Under the pieces are notes generated by a model, which saw nothing but the letters and a program-made list of their open reading frames with translations, had not been told where the DNA came from and ran no database searches. Shown here piece by piece: positions 1 through 8,234 of a stretch of 64,000 bases of DNA (the first letter of the stretch is position 1; every line of letters starts with the position of its first letter). Origin of the DNA: Candidatus Xianfuyuplasma coldseepsis (GTDB taxonomy: Bacteria > Bacillota_I > Bacilli_A > Izemoplasmatales > Izemoplasmataceae); assembly GCF_014023125.1 (NCBI RefSeq), contig NZ_CP048914.1:708698-772697 (forward strand), read 5' to 3'. The position numbers were made by a program, and so were the translations under genes.

Positions 1-944
1 ATCAAATCAATGTTGTTATCAATAAACTCTTCGATGTTCGGACGATAATCCGCATCCGAAGATGACGTTAAGTAACAGTAGTTCGATTCTGGGATATTAT
101 TCTCTGATGCAAATGCAACGATTCCTTCCCATGTCATTTGGTTAAATGAATAATCAATACCGCCGGTATCTGTAACCATACCTATTGTATAATAATTAGG
201 ATCAATTTCAGAATCACCACACATAGAGGTTATATTCCAATTGGCATATACAGATATATCTGAATCTACTGGGGTTTCAAAATTGTAGATGGTAGAGAAT
301 GATTCATCTTGATACCATGCATCAAATGTATATCCATCTTTAAACGGATTATCAGGCAAAGTAGGATAATTCCCCTCTTCCACAATTTGAGTGAACAGTA
401 CACTACCGCTGGAACCGATAAACTCAACGGTGTAGTATTCAACAACTTCATCCCATTTTGCATACAAGCTGATATCACGATCAATTGCCGTCTCAAAGTT
501 AAATTGGTTTGTATACTCTGCGTCTGTATACCATCCAATAAAGCTATATCCTCCTTTTGTAGGATCTGTCGGTGTTTGTGCTTGTTCACCTGATACGATA
601 TCCTGAGTCGATAAACTTGCTTCACCATCGTAAAACGATACTTGATAGGTCACGATGACTTCGTCCCATTTTGCATACAGCATTAAGTTTCCATTCACAG
701 TACTGGAAAAATCATATGGAACATTCAGTGACGAATCACTAAACCACCCACCAAAATCGTACCCATCTTTGGTTGGTTGAACAGGTTCGGATACCGTCTG
801 TCCTTCTACTACTTCTTTTACAACATTTGTAGTGTCACTATTATAGACAAATGTTACTGTAAATGTCTCTTTTTGAACAGTCTCGCATCCACTGAGTATA
901 AACACACTCAATACTAGTCCTAACATAACAGCAATCTTTTTCAT
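1..944 (-). CDS. Lipoprotein, partial (runs off the window start): signal peptide with lipobox, three tandem Flg_new / Listeria-Bacteroides-type repeats, then a BMP-family (nucleoside-binding lipoprotein-like) domain
   Basis: The minus-strand ORF is not in the ORF track because it lacks a stop inside the window. It begins ATG at 942-944, preceded by AAGGAGG. The translation starts MKKIAVMLGLVLSVFILSGCE (lipobox). Three repeats of the form DGYxFxGWYxD....FxFxTxIxxDIxLYAKW follow, then GMVTDTGGIDYSFNQMTWEG, which is a BMP-like motif. Confidence 0.7.
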   Translation of the reverse strand, partial: MKKIAVMLGLVLSVFILSGCETVQKETFTVTFVYNSDTTNVVKEVVEGQTVSEPVQPTKDGYDFGGWFSDSSLNVPYDFSSTVNGNLMLYAKWDEVIVTYQVSFYDGEASLSTQDIVSGEQAQTPTDPTKGGYSFIGWYTDAEYTNQFNFETAIDRDISLYAKWDEVVEYYTVEFIGSSGSVLFTQIVEEGNYPTLPDNPFKDGYTFDAWYQDESFSTIYNFETPVDSDISVYANWNITSMCGDSEIDPNYYTIGMVTDTGGIDYSFNQMTWEGIVAFASENNIPESNYCYLTSSSDADYRPNIEEFIDNNIDL

Positions 945-1055
945 GTTTTCCTCCTTGATGTAAAAAAACACAGACTACTTGAGTCCATGTTTCGTTTTCA
1001 TCCCTCTTTGTAGTACTAATATTTTATCATAGATAATCTCTATAGACAATCTGAT

Positions 1056-1685
1056 TTAGAACATATCGATGATATAGTACTCACCATCAATTTTAACGAT
1101 TCCTAACTCATCCATTATATATTCAAAATCACCATAGAACTCATTCTCAGGATATAGGTCTATTGAAATAAACAGCACCTCATATACCCCTTCTAAGTTG
1201 GTAAAATCTACATCTGGATATGATTGATTCATCTCTTCTATTGTAATATCTTCATACTCATATACCTCTTCAACCGCTACAAAATAAGTTTCCATCATAC
1301 CATATTGTGCTATTTCAGACTTCATGTACTCAATATATTCTATGGTATCAGTGTAAAAAGATCCGATAATTATTTCAGCACAATCATCAAAATAGTTATA
1401 CCCCGTCTCTGTATATGATCGATTAAGAGTGACAAAAAAGCGTTCTACTATCTCTACAATCTGTTCTTCATGTGTTGGAACATAAATTTGACTCTCAAGA
1501 TACTCATTCATCAATTGTAGTTCATCTACTTGATTTTGAAGAGTAGTTTTATCATTATTCAGTTCGATAATAGATTGAGCTAAATTGTCAATCTCTAATT
1601 GCATTTCTGCCATCTCATTATTTGAACCACAACCAATTAATATAACCACTAAGAATAGTGTAACAACTATGTTTAATCGTTTCAT
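1056..1685 (-). CDS. Lipoprotein with a coiled-coil N-region, unknown function
   Basis: 209 aa. The signal peptide ends in LIGCGS (lipobox). There is a strong RBS (AAGGAGG) upstream. Confidence 0.6.
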   Translation of the reverse strand: MKRLNIVVTLFLVVILIGCGSNNEMAEMQLEIDNLAQSIIELNNDKTTLQNQVDELQLMNEYLESQIYVPTHEEQIVEIVERFFVTLNRSYTETGYNYFDDCAEIIIGSFYTDTIEYIEYMKSEIAQYGMMETYFVAVEEVYEYEDITIEEMNQSYPDVDFTNLEGVYEVLFISIDLYPENEFYGDFEYIMDELGIVKIDGEYYIIDMF

Positions 1686-1753
1686 ATGATGCCTCCTTAT
1701 ACAAACTATTATATATTAAAACAGCTTTATCTATCAATCAGAAAAAAGAAGCT

Positions 1754-2134
1754 TTAGATAGCTTCTATTAGTTTCGTTCTGATTTCAATTGATTTATCTA
1801 AGATATTCTCAACGGTTTCTCCATACACATCAATGATTATAGTCATTGTATTTGATGACTCATGATATTCAATCTGTATCGTCGAACCATCTTCAATAAC
1901 ATACTTCAGGAATTTTCGCTTTGGAACATCCATTGTCTCTTCTCCCCTGATGGAGTATCTTTTTCGGGTATGGTGGTTCTCAACTTCAATGACATTTTGA
2001 TTGTAATATTTACTTGGTGCAAGCTCTGTATAATGATTGTGTAATTTGTCTAAAAAACCCCCATTTACATTGGAATCCAAGTGAATGTCAATTGTCTCTT
2101 TCAAATTCTGTGTAGAACGCTTATCTTGATTCAT
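1754..2134 (-). CDS. Hypothetical protein (126 aa)
   Basis: An ORF with an upstream RBS-like AAAGGATG. No recognisable motifs. Confidence 0.4.
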   Translation of the reverse strand: MNQDKRSTQNLKETIDIHLDSNVNGGFLDKLHNHYTELAPSKYYNQNVIEVENHHTRKRYSIRGEETMDVPKRKFLKYVIEDGSTIQIEYHESSNTMTIIIDVYGETVENILDKSIEIRTKLIEAI

Positions 2135-2264
2135 GGTTTTACATCCTTTCTTCGTTATATTTTTAGGATACTATGATTTCTTGAATCATGCAATCCAATA
2201 CTTGTTAATTGGAGGTACTTCAAAGACTTAACGAAAAACTTTTTAAAAAATATGTAAAGTTTAC

Positions 2265-2293
2265 TTGACATCAATCGATTATTAAGATATCAT
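2265..2293 (+). promoter_or_regulatory. Sigma70-type promoter (TTGACA-17-TATCAT) for the oxidoreductase gene
   Basis: -35 TTGACA at 2265-2270, a 17-nt spacer, and -10 TATCAT at 2288-2293, about 58 nt upstream of the ATG at 2352. Confidence 0.5.
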
Positions 2294-2351
2294 TACAGTG
2301 TAAAGTTTGTTTTACATATAGTAAACCAAACACGACAAGGAGGAAATAAAT

Positions 2352-3335
2352 ATGAAAGCAATGTATTGCCCCAAATATGGCGGCCCAGAAGTATATAGAC
2401 TAATGGATGTTGAACAACCAATACCATCCGAGAACGAGATTCTTGTTGAAGTCTATAGAAGCATCGTCTCCCCAACGGATGTGAATTTCCGTTCTGGTAA
2501 ACCATTTGTCGCTCGTTTATTTAGCGGACTGACAAAACCGAAGAAGACCATTCATGGAGAAATGTTTGTTGGCAAAGTCGTTCAAGTTGGTAGTGGTGTT
2601 ACAGAATTTAAAGTAGACGATCTGGTGTATGGTACCAACGGAATGAAGCTTGGAGCGTATGCAGAATATGTCGCAGTTGATACAAAAGAAGCCATCAAGA
2701 AAGTTCCAAATGATATCAAGTATAAAGATGCCCTTCCACTATTGGATGGAGGTATAACCGCATTACCTTTTCTGAGGGAACTCGCAAAAGCGAAAAAAGG
2801 AGATACTGTTTTAATTAATGGTGCTTCTGGGGCTGTTGGTTCCATGGCTGTTATGATTGCAAAGCACCTTGGATGCCATGTAACCGGTGTATGTAGTACC
2901 AACAATGTAGAGGCTGTTATGAATGTAGGTGCTGATGAAGTGATTGATTATACCAAAGAGGATTTCACACAAAATAAAAACACCTATGATATAATTTTTG
3001 ATACCGTAGGGAAAGCATCCTACTCGAAAGCCAAACAAGCCCTCACTGAACATGGTCTCTTTATAACTACTGTGCCTACACCAGGAATCATGCTTCAAGC
3101 ATTATTCAAAAAGAACAGTACCAAACGAAGAGCTAGTTTCATGGCTGCGGGTTTACGAAAACCAGCACAAAAAATCAGTGATCTTGAGTACCTCGAAGAA
3201 CTTATCCGTAACAACGAATTAACACCATTACATGGTAACGAGTATCCATTATCAAAACTAGGTGAAGCTCAAACCTATGTCGAAACAGGTCACAAAGTGG
3301 GAAATGTAACAGTAATCGTAAAAAAAGAAGCCTAA
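2352..3335 (+). CDS. Zinc-binding/MDR-superfamily NAD(P)H quinone oxidoreductase or alcohol dehydrogenase
   Basis: 327 aa. The Rossmann motif GASGAVGSMAVMIAKHLG is present and the overall architecture is MDR-like. Confidence 0.75.
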   Translation: MKAMYCPKYGGPEVYRLMDVEQPIPSENEILVEVYRSIVSPTDVNFRSGKPFVARLFSGLTKPKKTIHGEMFVGKVVQVGSGVTEFKVDDLVYGTNGMKLGAYAEYVAVDTKEAIKKVPNDIKYKDALPLLDGGITALPFLRELAKAKKGDTVLINGASGAVGSMAVMIAKHLGCHVTGVCSTNNVEAVMNVGADEVIDYTKEDFTQNKNTYDIIFDTVGKASYSKAKQALTEHGLFITTVPTPGIMLQALFKKNSTKRRASFMAAGLRKPAQKISDLEYLEELIRNNELTPLHGNEYPLSKLGEAQTYVETGHKVGNVTVIVKKEA

Positions 3336-3355
3336 AATAGGCTTCTTTACTTTAT
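3325..3355. terminator. Rho-independent terminator hairpin (AAGAAGCCT-loop-AGGCTTCTT) overlapping the oxidoreductase stop codon
   Basis: A 9-bp perfect stem followed by a T-rich tract (tactttatatt). A near-identical copy occurs at 4734-4763. Confidence 0.6.
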
Positions 3356-3403
3356 ATTGTTCCTAGAATAAGTGGGTGAAAAACCATCCATTCGGTCTCT
3401 AGA

Positions 3404-3955
3404 TCAAATAGTTACTTTTTTGATGGAAACGAAGTGAAAATATGAATTAAACTCTTGATACAAAAAGGTCTCTTGATAATCCACTTCTAAACAGTGCTTT
3501 GATTTCGTAATAATTTCATTCAAATGCTTAACTCTAAAACCACTCTCTTGTACAATGAGAACGAATCGCGCGTTATTCTTCATCTTATCGATAATTCGAT
3601 TAATGGACCTTGTTTCCTCGGCAATATCGTTTTTATAAAAATGAAACATCGAATTCATTAAAATGATATCGTATTCTTGGAAACTCGCAAAATCTTTATA
3701 ATCTGTGACTTCACCAACGACATCTAATTTCTCTTTCGTTGCGATCTCATTTAATTGATTGATTCCAACATCGGATATATCTATTCCTCTTACAGAAAAT
3801 CCCATACGACCTAACTCTAGAGTATCCCTCCCTTGTCCACAACCTACATCTAATATCATACTCGATCGATCAAATCGATCAAAATAACGTATTAATTCAG
3901 GATATGGTTTTCCAAAATAATTAGCCTTTTTATAGTACTTATTATATGAAGACAT
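3404..3955 (-). CDS. Class I SAM-dependent methyltransferase, TehB-like
   Basis: Motif ILDVGCGQGRDTLELGRMGFSVRGIDIS, compared with the TehB signature LDLGCGNGRNS. The start was moved to the internal ATG at 3955 (MSSYNKYY), which has a GGGAG RBS. The ORF-track extension to 4162 runs over the tRNA-like remnant. Confidence 0.6.
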   Translation of the reverse strand: MSSYNKYYKKANYFGKPYPELIRYFDRFDRSSMILDVGCGQGRDTLELGRMGFSVRGIDISDVGINQLNEIATKEKLDVVGEVTDYKDFASFQEYDIILMNSMFHFYKNDIAEETRSINRIIDKMKNNARFVLIVQESGFRVKHLNEIITKSKHCLEVDYQETFLYQEFNSYFHFVSIKKVTI

Positions 3956-4073
3956 GAAATCACTCCCTACGATAATTCTAGCAAAATTCAATGCATATTT
4001 AAAGGTAATTAATCCGTGTGCTTTATATGAAAACAAAAAAAGAAGCAATAACTGGCATCTTTTATTTATATAA

Positions 4074-4150
4074 TGGTAGCGGTGACAGGATTTGAACTGT
4101 ACCAAAGATTTAGAGACCCAAAATGTAATACTTACTCTACCTCCACATAA
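4074..4150 (-). pseudogene. Degenerate tRNA-like remnant, roughly 75% identical to the 3' half of tRNA-Trp. Probably an old att scar.
   Basis: The reverse complement ends ...GGTACAGTTCAAATCCTGTCACCGCTACCA. This T-arm and 3' end resemble tRNA-Trp (GTACGGGTTCAAATCCTGTCACCCCTGCCA), but the acceptor stem cannot pair and the anticodon arm is degraded. Confidence 0.5.
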
Positions 4151-4183
4151 ATAAAGAAACATTCCACGAGGAGTATTTCAGAA

Positions 4184-4621
4184 TTATCCTTTAATATATT
4201 CAAAATCAATTACTACCTTAGATTTTGGCAAATAAGTGATTGATATCTCATCACTAACTTTAGGCATCTTATCTTTACATAGAATGTAGAACTTAATACC
4301 ATTAACAACAAAAACTAATGTATTGTGACCCCTTGTATCAAACCAAACAAAATCATAGACTTTAGAAACTTCTCCTTTGAGTACCTTAGTGTTTAAGTGC
4401 ATATCATCTATGAGTTTTAACCCTCTTATTAATCTTGGTATCATAATGATGTTTAACCCTATCATTATAAATCCACTAACTAAGACAAATGTTGTATCTA
4501 TAGCTTCAATAACATAACCAAGAGTGAAAAATAATGAGAGAATCATTGTTAAAATAATTGCCCCCAACGGCCTATAGAACAAGTCTTTCTTATAGTTTCT
4601 ATACTCTTTTAGTATATTCAT
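4184..4621 (-). CDS. Small membrane protein (2 TM helices plus a C-terminal soluble domain), unknown function
   Basis: 145 aa. Hydrophobic helices at about 20-40 and 45-65. No known motif. Confidence 0.45.
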   Translation of the reverse strand: MNILKEYRNYKKDLFYRPLGAIILTMILSLFFTLGYVIEAIDTTFVLVSGFIMIGLNIIMIPRLIRGLKLIDDMHLNTKVLKGEVSKVYDFVWFDTRGHNTLVFVVNGIKFYILCKDKMPKVSDEISITYLPKSKVVIDFEYIKG

Positions 4622-4733
4622 GCTACCCCTCCAATACTCAACATTATAGTAATTATATCACATCTAGAAATCTAATGTAAGACAGCAAATGCACAATGGT
4701 CTTATCGATATAATTGTGTACATCACAAACAAA

Positions 4734-4763
4734 AAGAAGCCTATCTTGGCTTCTTTACTTTAT
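4734..4763. terminator. Second copy of the AAGAAGCC...GGCTTCTT hairpin, A-run on the left and T-rich on the right. The likely native bidirectional terminator abutting the att site.
   Basis: An 8-bp stem with flanking AAAAA (4731-4735) and TTTACTTTATAT. It is identical in stem and 3' flank to the 3325-3355 hairpin. Confidence 0.5.
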
Positions 4764-4767
4764 ATAG

Positions 4768-4815
4768 TGGCAGGGGTGACAGGATTTGAACCCGTACTAA
4801 CGGTTTTGGAGTCCG
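4768..4815. repeat. attL: 48-bp direct repeat copying the 3' end of tRNA-Trp (47/48 identical to 21773-21820)
   Basis: TGGCAGGGGTGACAGGATTTGAACCCGTACTAACGGTTTTGGAG(T/A)CCG is present at both positions. Confidence 0.85.
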
Positions 4816-5207
4816 ATTATATGTTTTTTCAGCACTCCAATAAGCTAGTAAAGTTCATTACCTTACCCTATACAATAATTATACTAAAGAAAGCGGGTGA
4901 TAACAACATAGACGCACCACAAAAACAGGTCCACTCCCTGGCACGACTATTAAGGGGAGTATGAATTGCAACAAGAGTTCCAAAGTTAAAAGAAAGGATG
5001 TTGCAATCGGTGATCATGTCATAAACTGGCTACCACATTGCCTTCGGGAAAGGGTGGCACTAAACAATGTTAGGCTCTGTTCAAATACAGACTTCATAAG
5101 ACCTACAGCATAAGTTGATCACTTAAACATGATAGTTCGGTACTGCCGCACCTATAAAGAAATCACTATAGTAATAATAAACGAAATAAGAAGAAAAGGA
5201 GAAGGAA

Positions 5208-6290
5208 ATGAAAAAGACGACATCCTTCAATAAAGATTTGTTTAAAAAAAGTTTAGTTAATAGTTTAAGTAATTATAAAGAGGGTTCTAAACAACAAGTA
5301 GAGCGCACTCCTAAGTATTCTACTGGAATAATTCCTTTGGATGATTTACTTGAAGGTGGTTTCCCAATGGGAAGCATAGTTGGCTTTGGTTCAGAAGCCG
5401 GTGTAGGAAAAACAACCATACTTTTACAAGCTTGTGCAAACATTGTTAAGAAGTACAACAAGACTGTTTACTACATTGATGTTGAGAATGGAGCAAAACT
5501 AGACTTGATCTACAAAATGGAATACACAGATATGTTGTACCATCCTGAATCAAATCCAGAAGGCAGGTTTTATCTACTATCATTCAAAACTATACAAGAC
5601 ATTGTGAGTTTTATTAACCAGGCTGCGAAAGGTCAAGATACTGCCGTAATTGTAATTGATTCTGTAACACAAGTTGTGGATGAAGAATCCAAAGAGAAAG
5701 ATGATTTGGATGTATCTAATAAACAAAAGGGAAAAATCGCAACAATGTGGTCTAAAGCATCAAGAGCTTTGAACACTATTATCGGTGACTCTGACATTAG
5801 TCTAATCATGGTTCATCAAGCAAGACAAAAACTAAACGACTTCAACCCTAAAACCACTTCTGCTGGTGGGAATGCTCTAAAACATATCACCTCAGTTGAG
5901 TTATGGGCAAAAAAGGGGAAATACATAAACGAGAAATATGTAACAGTTGACAAGGCGTCAAACTCAATAGGTTTCAATGTTAAACTTCAGAGTTTGAAGT
6001 CTAGATGTGGAGATTCGGACTCTTCAAGAAATCTAGTACTTTTCAAGGGTAAAGGCGCTGTTAATGTTTTTGCTGTAAAGGAATGGCTTGAAGAGTATCA
6101 GTATTATGATAAAAAGAAAGAGGAATACATCCCGTACTTCACTAAAAACGACCCTTGGAAGACATACAACATTCCTCAGTTAAGTATCTACATTAAGGAG
6201 AGATCTTATACAAAAATTCTTGAGCAGCTAAACTACCATAGAGATGAACTTATTCCATATGTTATACAACAACTCGAATCAAATTGGTAG
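5208..6290 (+). CDS. RecA-superfamily (KaiC/RadA/DnaB-C-like) ATPase
   Basis: Walker A GFGSEAGVGKTT, followed by YYIDVE and Walker B-like VIVIDSV. Strong RBS AAAGGAGAAGG. Confidence 0.6.
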   Translation: MKKTTSFNKDLFKKSLVNSLSNYKEGSKQQVERTPKYSTGIIPLDDLLEGGFPMGSIVGFGSEAGVGKTTILLQACANIVKKYNKTVYYIDVENGAKLDLIYKMEYTDMLYHPESNPEGRFYLLSFKTIQDIVSFINQAAKGQDTAVIVIDSVTQVVDEESKEKDDLDVSNKQKGKIATMWSKASRALNTIIGDSDISLIMVHQARQKLNDFNPKTTSAGGNALKHITSVELWAKKGKYINEKYVTVDKASNSIGFNVKLQSLKSRCGDSDSSRNLVLFKGKGAVNVFAVKEWLEEYQYYDKKKEEYIPYFTKNDPWKTYNIPQLSIYIKERSYTKILEQLNYHRDELIPYVIQQLESNW

Positions 6291-6483
6291 ATAATGCCTC
6301 AATAACAACTAAAATACTTATTATCATTATGGGTTCTCACAAATAAACAATCAAAAACACTCCTATATCAATGTGATTTAGAAGTGTTTTTGTAATAAAA
6401 ATCCCAGTAGCTTTCTCAAGATTAGTAAAATTAACCTCTAATCCGTAATTGTGAGAGAGTCACAACTATATTGATTATAGATA

Positions 6484-6966
6484 CTATAAATCATCAATTA
6501 TTTGTTTTCTTTTAGTGTTGTATTCATCCTCAGTGATAATACCTTTGTCTCTTAAAGAAGTTAACTTTTCTAGTCGCTCAGTAACGTCAGTATCTTGCTT
6601 CTGAATTTTCGGTTTAAAGTGTTTGGATTTATCTATCCTACTAAATCTTGTGTTCATAGATTCAAGATATTTATCAATCCATCTAGGTGCTGATTGGAAT
6701 CCAACAGATCCATCCATTGAGTCAGCTTGAATATTAACTTTCGTTCCATCTTCAACTCGACTAAAAGTAATTCTTAACTTGGCAGGATTCAATGGAGGAA
6801 AGAATTTCATTGGGCACTTAATTACTATTGAACCAATTCCCCTATTGTTGCTAACTACCTTACCAATGTCGTTACCAGCATTTATGCATAAGTTAAATGC
6901 ATCATCAAATTCTAAAGGTAGGACCATTTCTCTAGTCCCCTTTTTAAACATTGTACCTACTAACAT
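6484..6966 (-). CDS. SHOCT-domain protein (uncharacterised N-domain plus a C-terminal SHOCT oligomerisation motif)
   Basis: The C-terminus LEKLTSLRDKGIITEDEYNTKRKQIIDDL matches the SHOCT pattern. RBS GGAGGTG. Confidence 0.5.
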   Translation of the reverse strand: MLVGTMFKKGTREMVLPLEFDDAFNLCINAGNDIGKVVSNNRGIGSIVIKCPMKFFPPLNPAKLRITFSRVEDGTKVNIQADSMDGSVGFQSAPRWIDKYLESMNTRFSRIDKSKHFKPKIQKQDTDVTERLEKLTSLRDKGIITEDEYNTKRKQIIDDL

Positions 6967-7135
6967 GTTACACCTCCATAATCCTATATTAAACCAGAAG
7001 TAATCATGTAATCAATAAAAACTGCTTACAAAAAGTCCCGCACAGTGTAATTTTTCATAAAAACTTGATCATTCTTCACCAAGAAAGACATTAAAGGGGG
7101 ATGTATTTTCCTTCCCAAACATACTAACTACAGAG

Positions 7136-7471
7136 TTAGACTTCGTTAGCTCCATCAATGTACTTGTCATAATCGATGTCTTTGGTTTTATCAAGACTGA
7201 TAAAAGTAACCTTATCAGCTACAACTGTTAAGTCTTTTACGATGATCTCTAAGTGTGCCTTAACTCCGATCATGCTTCCAACCTCGATATGTTCTTTAAT
7301 AGCATTTGATAAATGCCTAGATAGTCTTACATTAATCTCATCAGTGTGGTTTTCTGTTTCGTTTACATTAGTAACCAACAACGAGATTAATAACTCTTCA
7401 GGATTTCCAGCACTAGTAACAAAGTCATATATACCAGTAACCTTACCTACCAAAATGACTTGATTCAACAT
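7136..7471 (-). CDS. SSB-like OB-fold protein (short)
   Basis: The N-terminus MLNQVILVGKVTG... resembles the SSB start (MxNxVxLxGRL). The start was set at the ATG with an AAAGGAG RBS. The track ORF begins at an upstream TTG. Confidence 0.45.
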   Translation of the reverse strand: MLNQVILVGKVTGIYDFVTSAGNPEELLISLLVTNVNETENHTDEINVRLSRHLSNAIKEHIEVGSMIGVKAHLEIIVKDLTVVADKVTFISLDKTKDIDYDKYIDGANEV

Positions 7472-7559
7472 GGAAATCAACTCCTTTCAACTATAGTTGA
7501 TGTATTAAGTATAACCGGTTAAGCGCCTAAATGCAGCCCTAAAATAGAAAAAGATGATA

Positions 7560-8234
7560 CTATTGAACTGTATCATCTGTATTCTCTGTATTTGACTTCT
7601 TAGGTGATTTTATTTTCTTGATTGTCACTTTCACTATGTTTTGTAGAACCAGAAAATCTTGTTTGACATCTGTCTTTATTACATCTAGAGTTAAGTATCC
7701 TTTACGAACCAGTACTATTGTTACTACACCACTACCTGTTATCGAAATCCAAAAGAATGATAGGAAGATATAATGAGAGCCAAGTAAATCCCATCTAGTA
7801 ACTTCAATGAATGAAGCATAATGATCGTTGGTATAAAATAACTGCTCACTTGAGAAAACAAATCGCTCAGCACCAACATCATCTGTTGTGGCATTGATAT
7901 ATGCTTCAGTATATGAATATCCGTCTGGTAGTAAAACTGGATCTCTAGTATTGTCGTATACAGCATAAACTGTTACATCGTATTCCCCAGGAGCAACTCC
8001 TTGTGACTTAGGCACGTAATTGCTAGGCAATTCATCATACTCTAGTATATACATTGCGACATGATCATAATCAGTATATGTTTTATAACGTCTAGCATTC
8101 ACATCTGTACTCATTGACATAATTAACAGAAAAAGTACCACAGGAAGGAAAATGTATCTTATCCTTCTTCTAAATGACTCTTGTTCTAAACTTAAAAGAA
8201 ACTTGTCTATACTATCTCTAATCTTCTGATTCAT
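7560..8234 (-). CDS. Membrane protein: N-terminal TM, a roughly 120-aa extracytoplasmic domain, and a C-terminal TM plus Lys-rich tail
   Basis: 224 aa. Hydrophobic segments IFLPVVLFLLIMSMS and IFLSFFWISITGSGVVTIVLV. Its start overlaps the upstream gene by 17 nt. Confidence 0.5.
   Translation of the reverse strand: MNQKIRDSIDKFLLSLEQESFRRRIRYIFLPVVLFLLIMSMSTDVNARRYKTYTDYDHVAMYILEYDELPSNYVPKSQGVAPGEYDVTVYAVYDNTRDPVLLPDGYSYTEAYINATTDDVGAERFVFSSEQLFYTNDHYASFIEVTRWDLLGSHYIFLSFFWISITGSGVVTIVLVRKGYLTLDVIKTDVKQDFLVLQNIVKVTIKKIKSPKKSNTENTDDTVQ

Noticed and set aside
266-628. Track ORFs 266-628 (-) and 309-593 (+), both inside the first kilobase
   Set aside because: They lie in the wrong frames within the long minus-strand lipoprotein gene (1-944). 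That gene has a lipobox, an RBS and recognisable repeats. The two short ORFs have no RBS and low-complexity translations.
4074-4150. Calling the 4074-4150 element a functional tRNA (possible CTA anticodon, i.e. a suppressor)
   Set aside because: The acceptor stem cannot pair and the D-arm is not recognisable. It is better explained as a decayed copy of the tRNA-Trp 3' portion.
3956-4162. N-terminal extension of the TehB-like methyltransferase ORF up to 4162
   Set aside because: The extension overlaps the tRNA-like remnant and has no RBS. The internal ATG at 3955 is preceded by GGGAG and matches the usual start of TehB-like enzymes.
4689-4964. 91-aa plus-strand ORF spanning the attL repeat
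   Set aside because: It reads straight through the tRNA-derived direct repeat and the duplicated terminator hairpin. There is no RBS, so it is most likely spurious.
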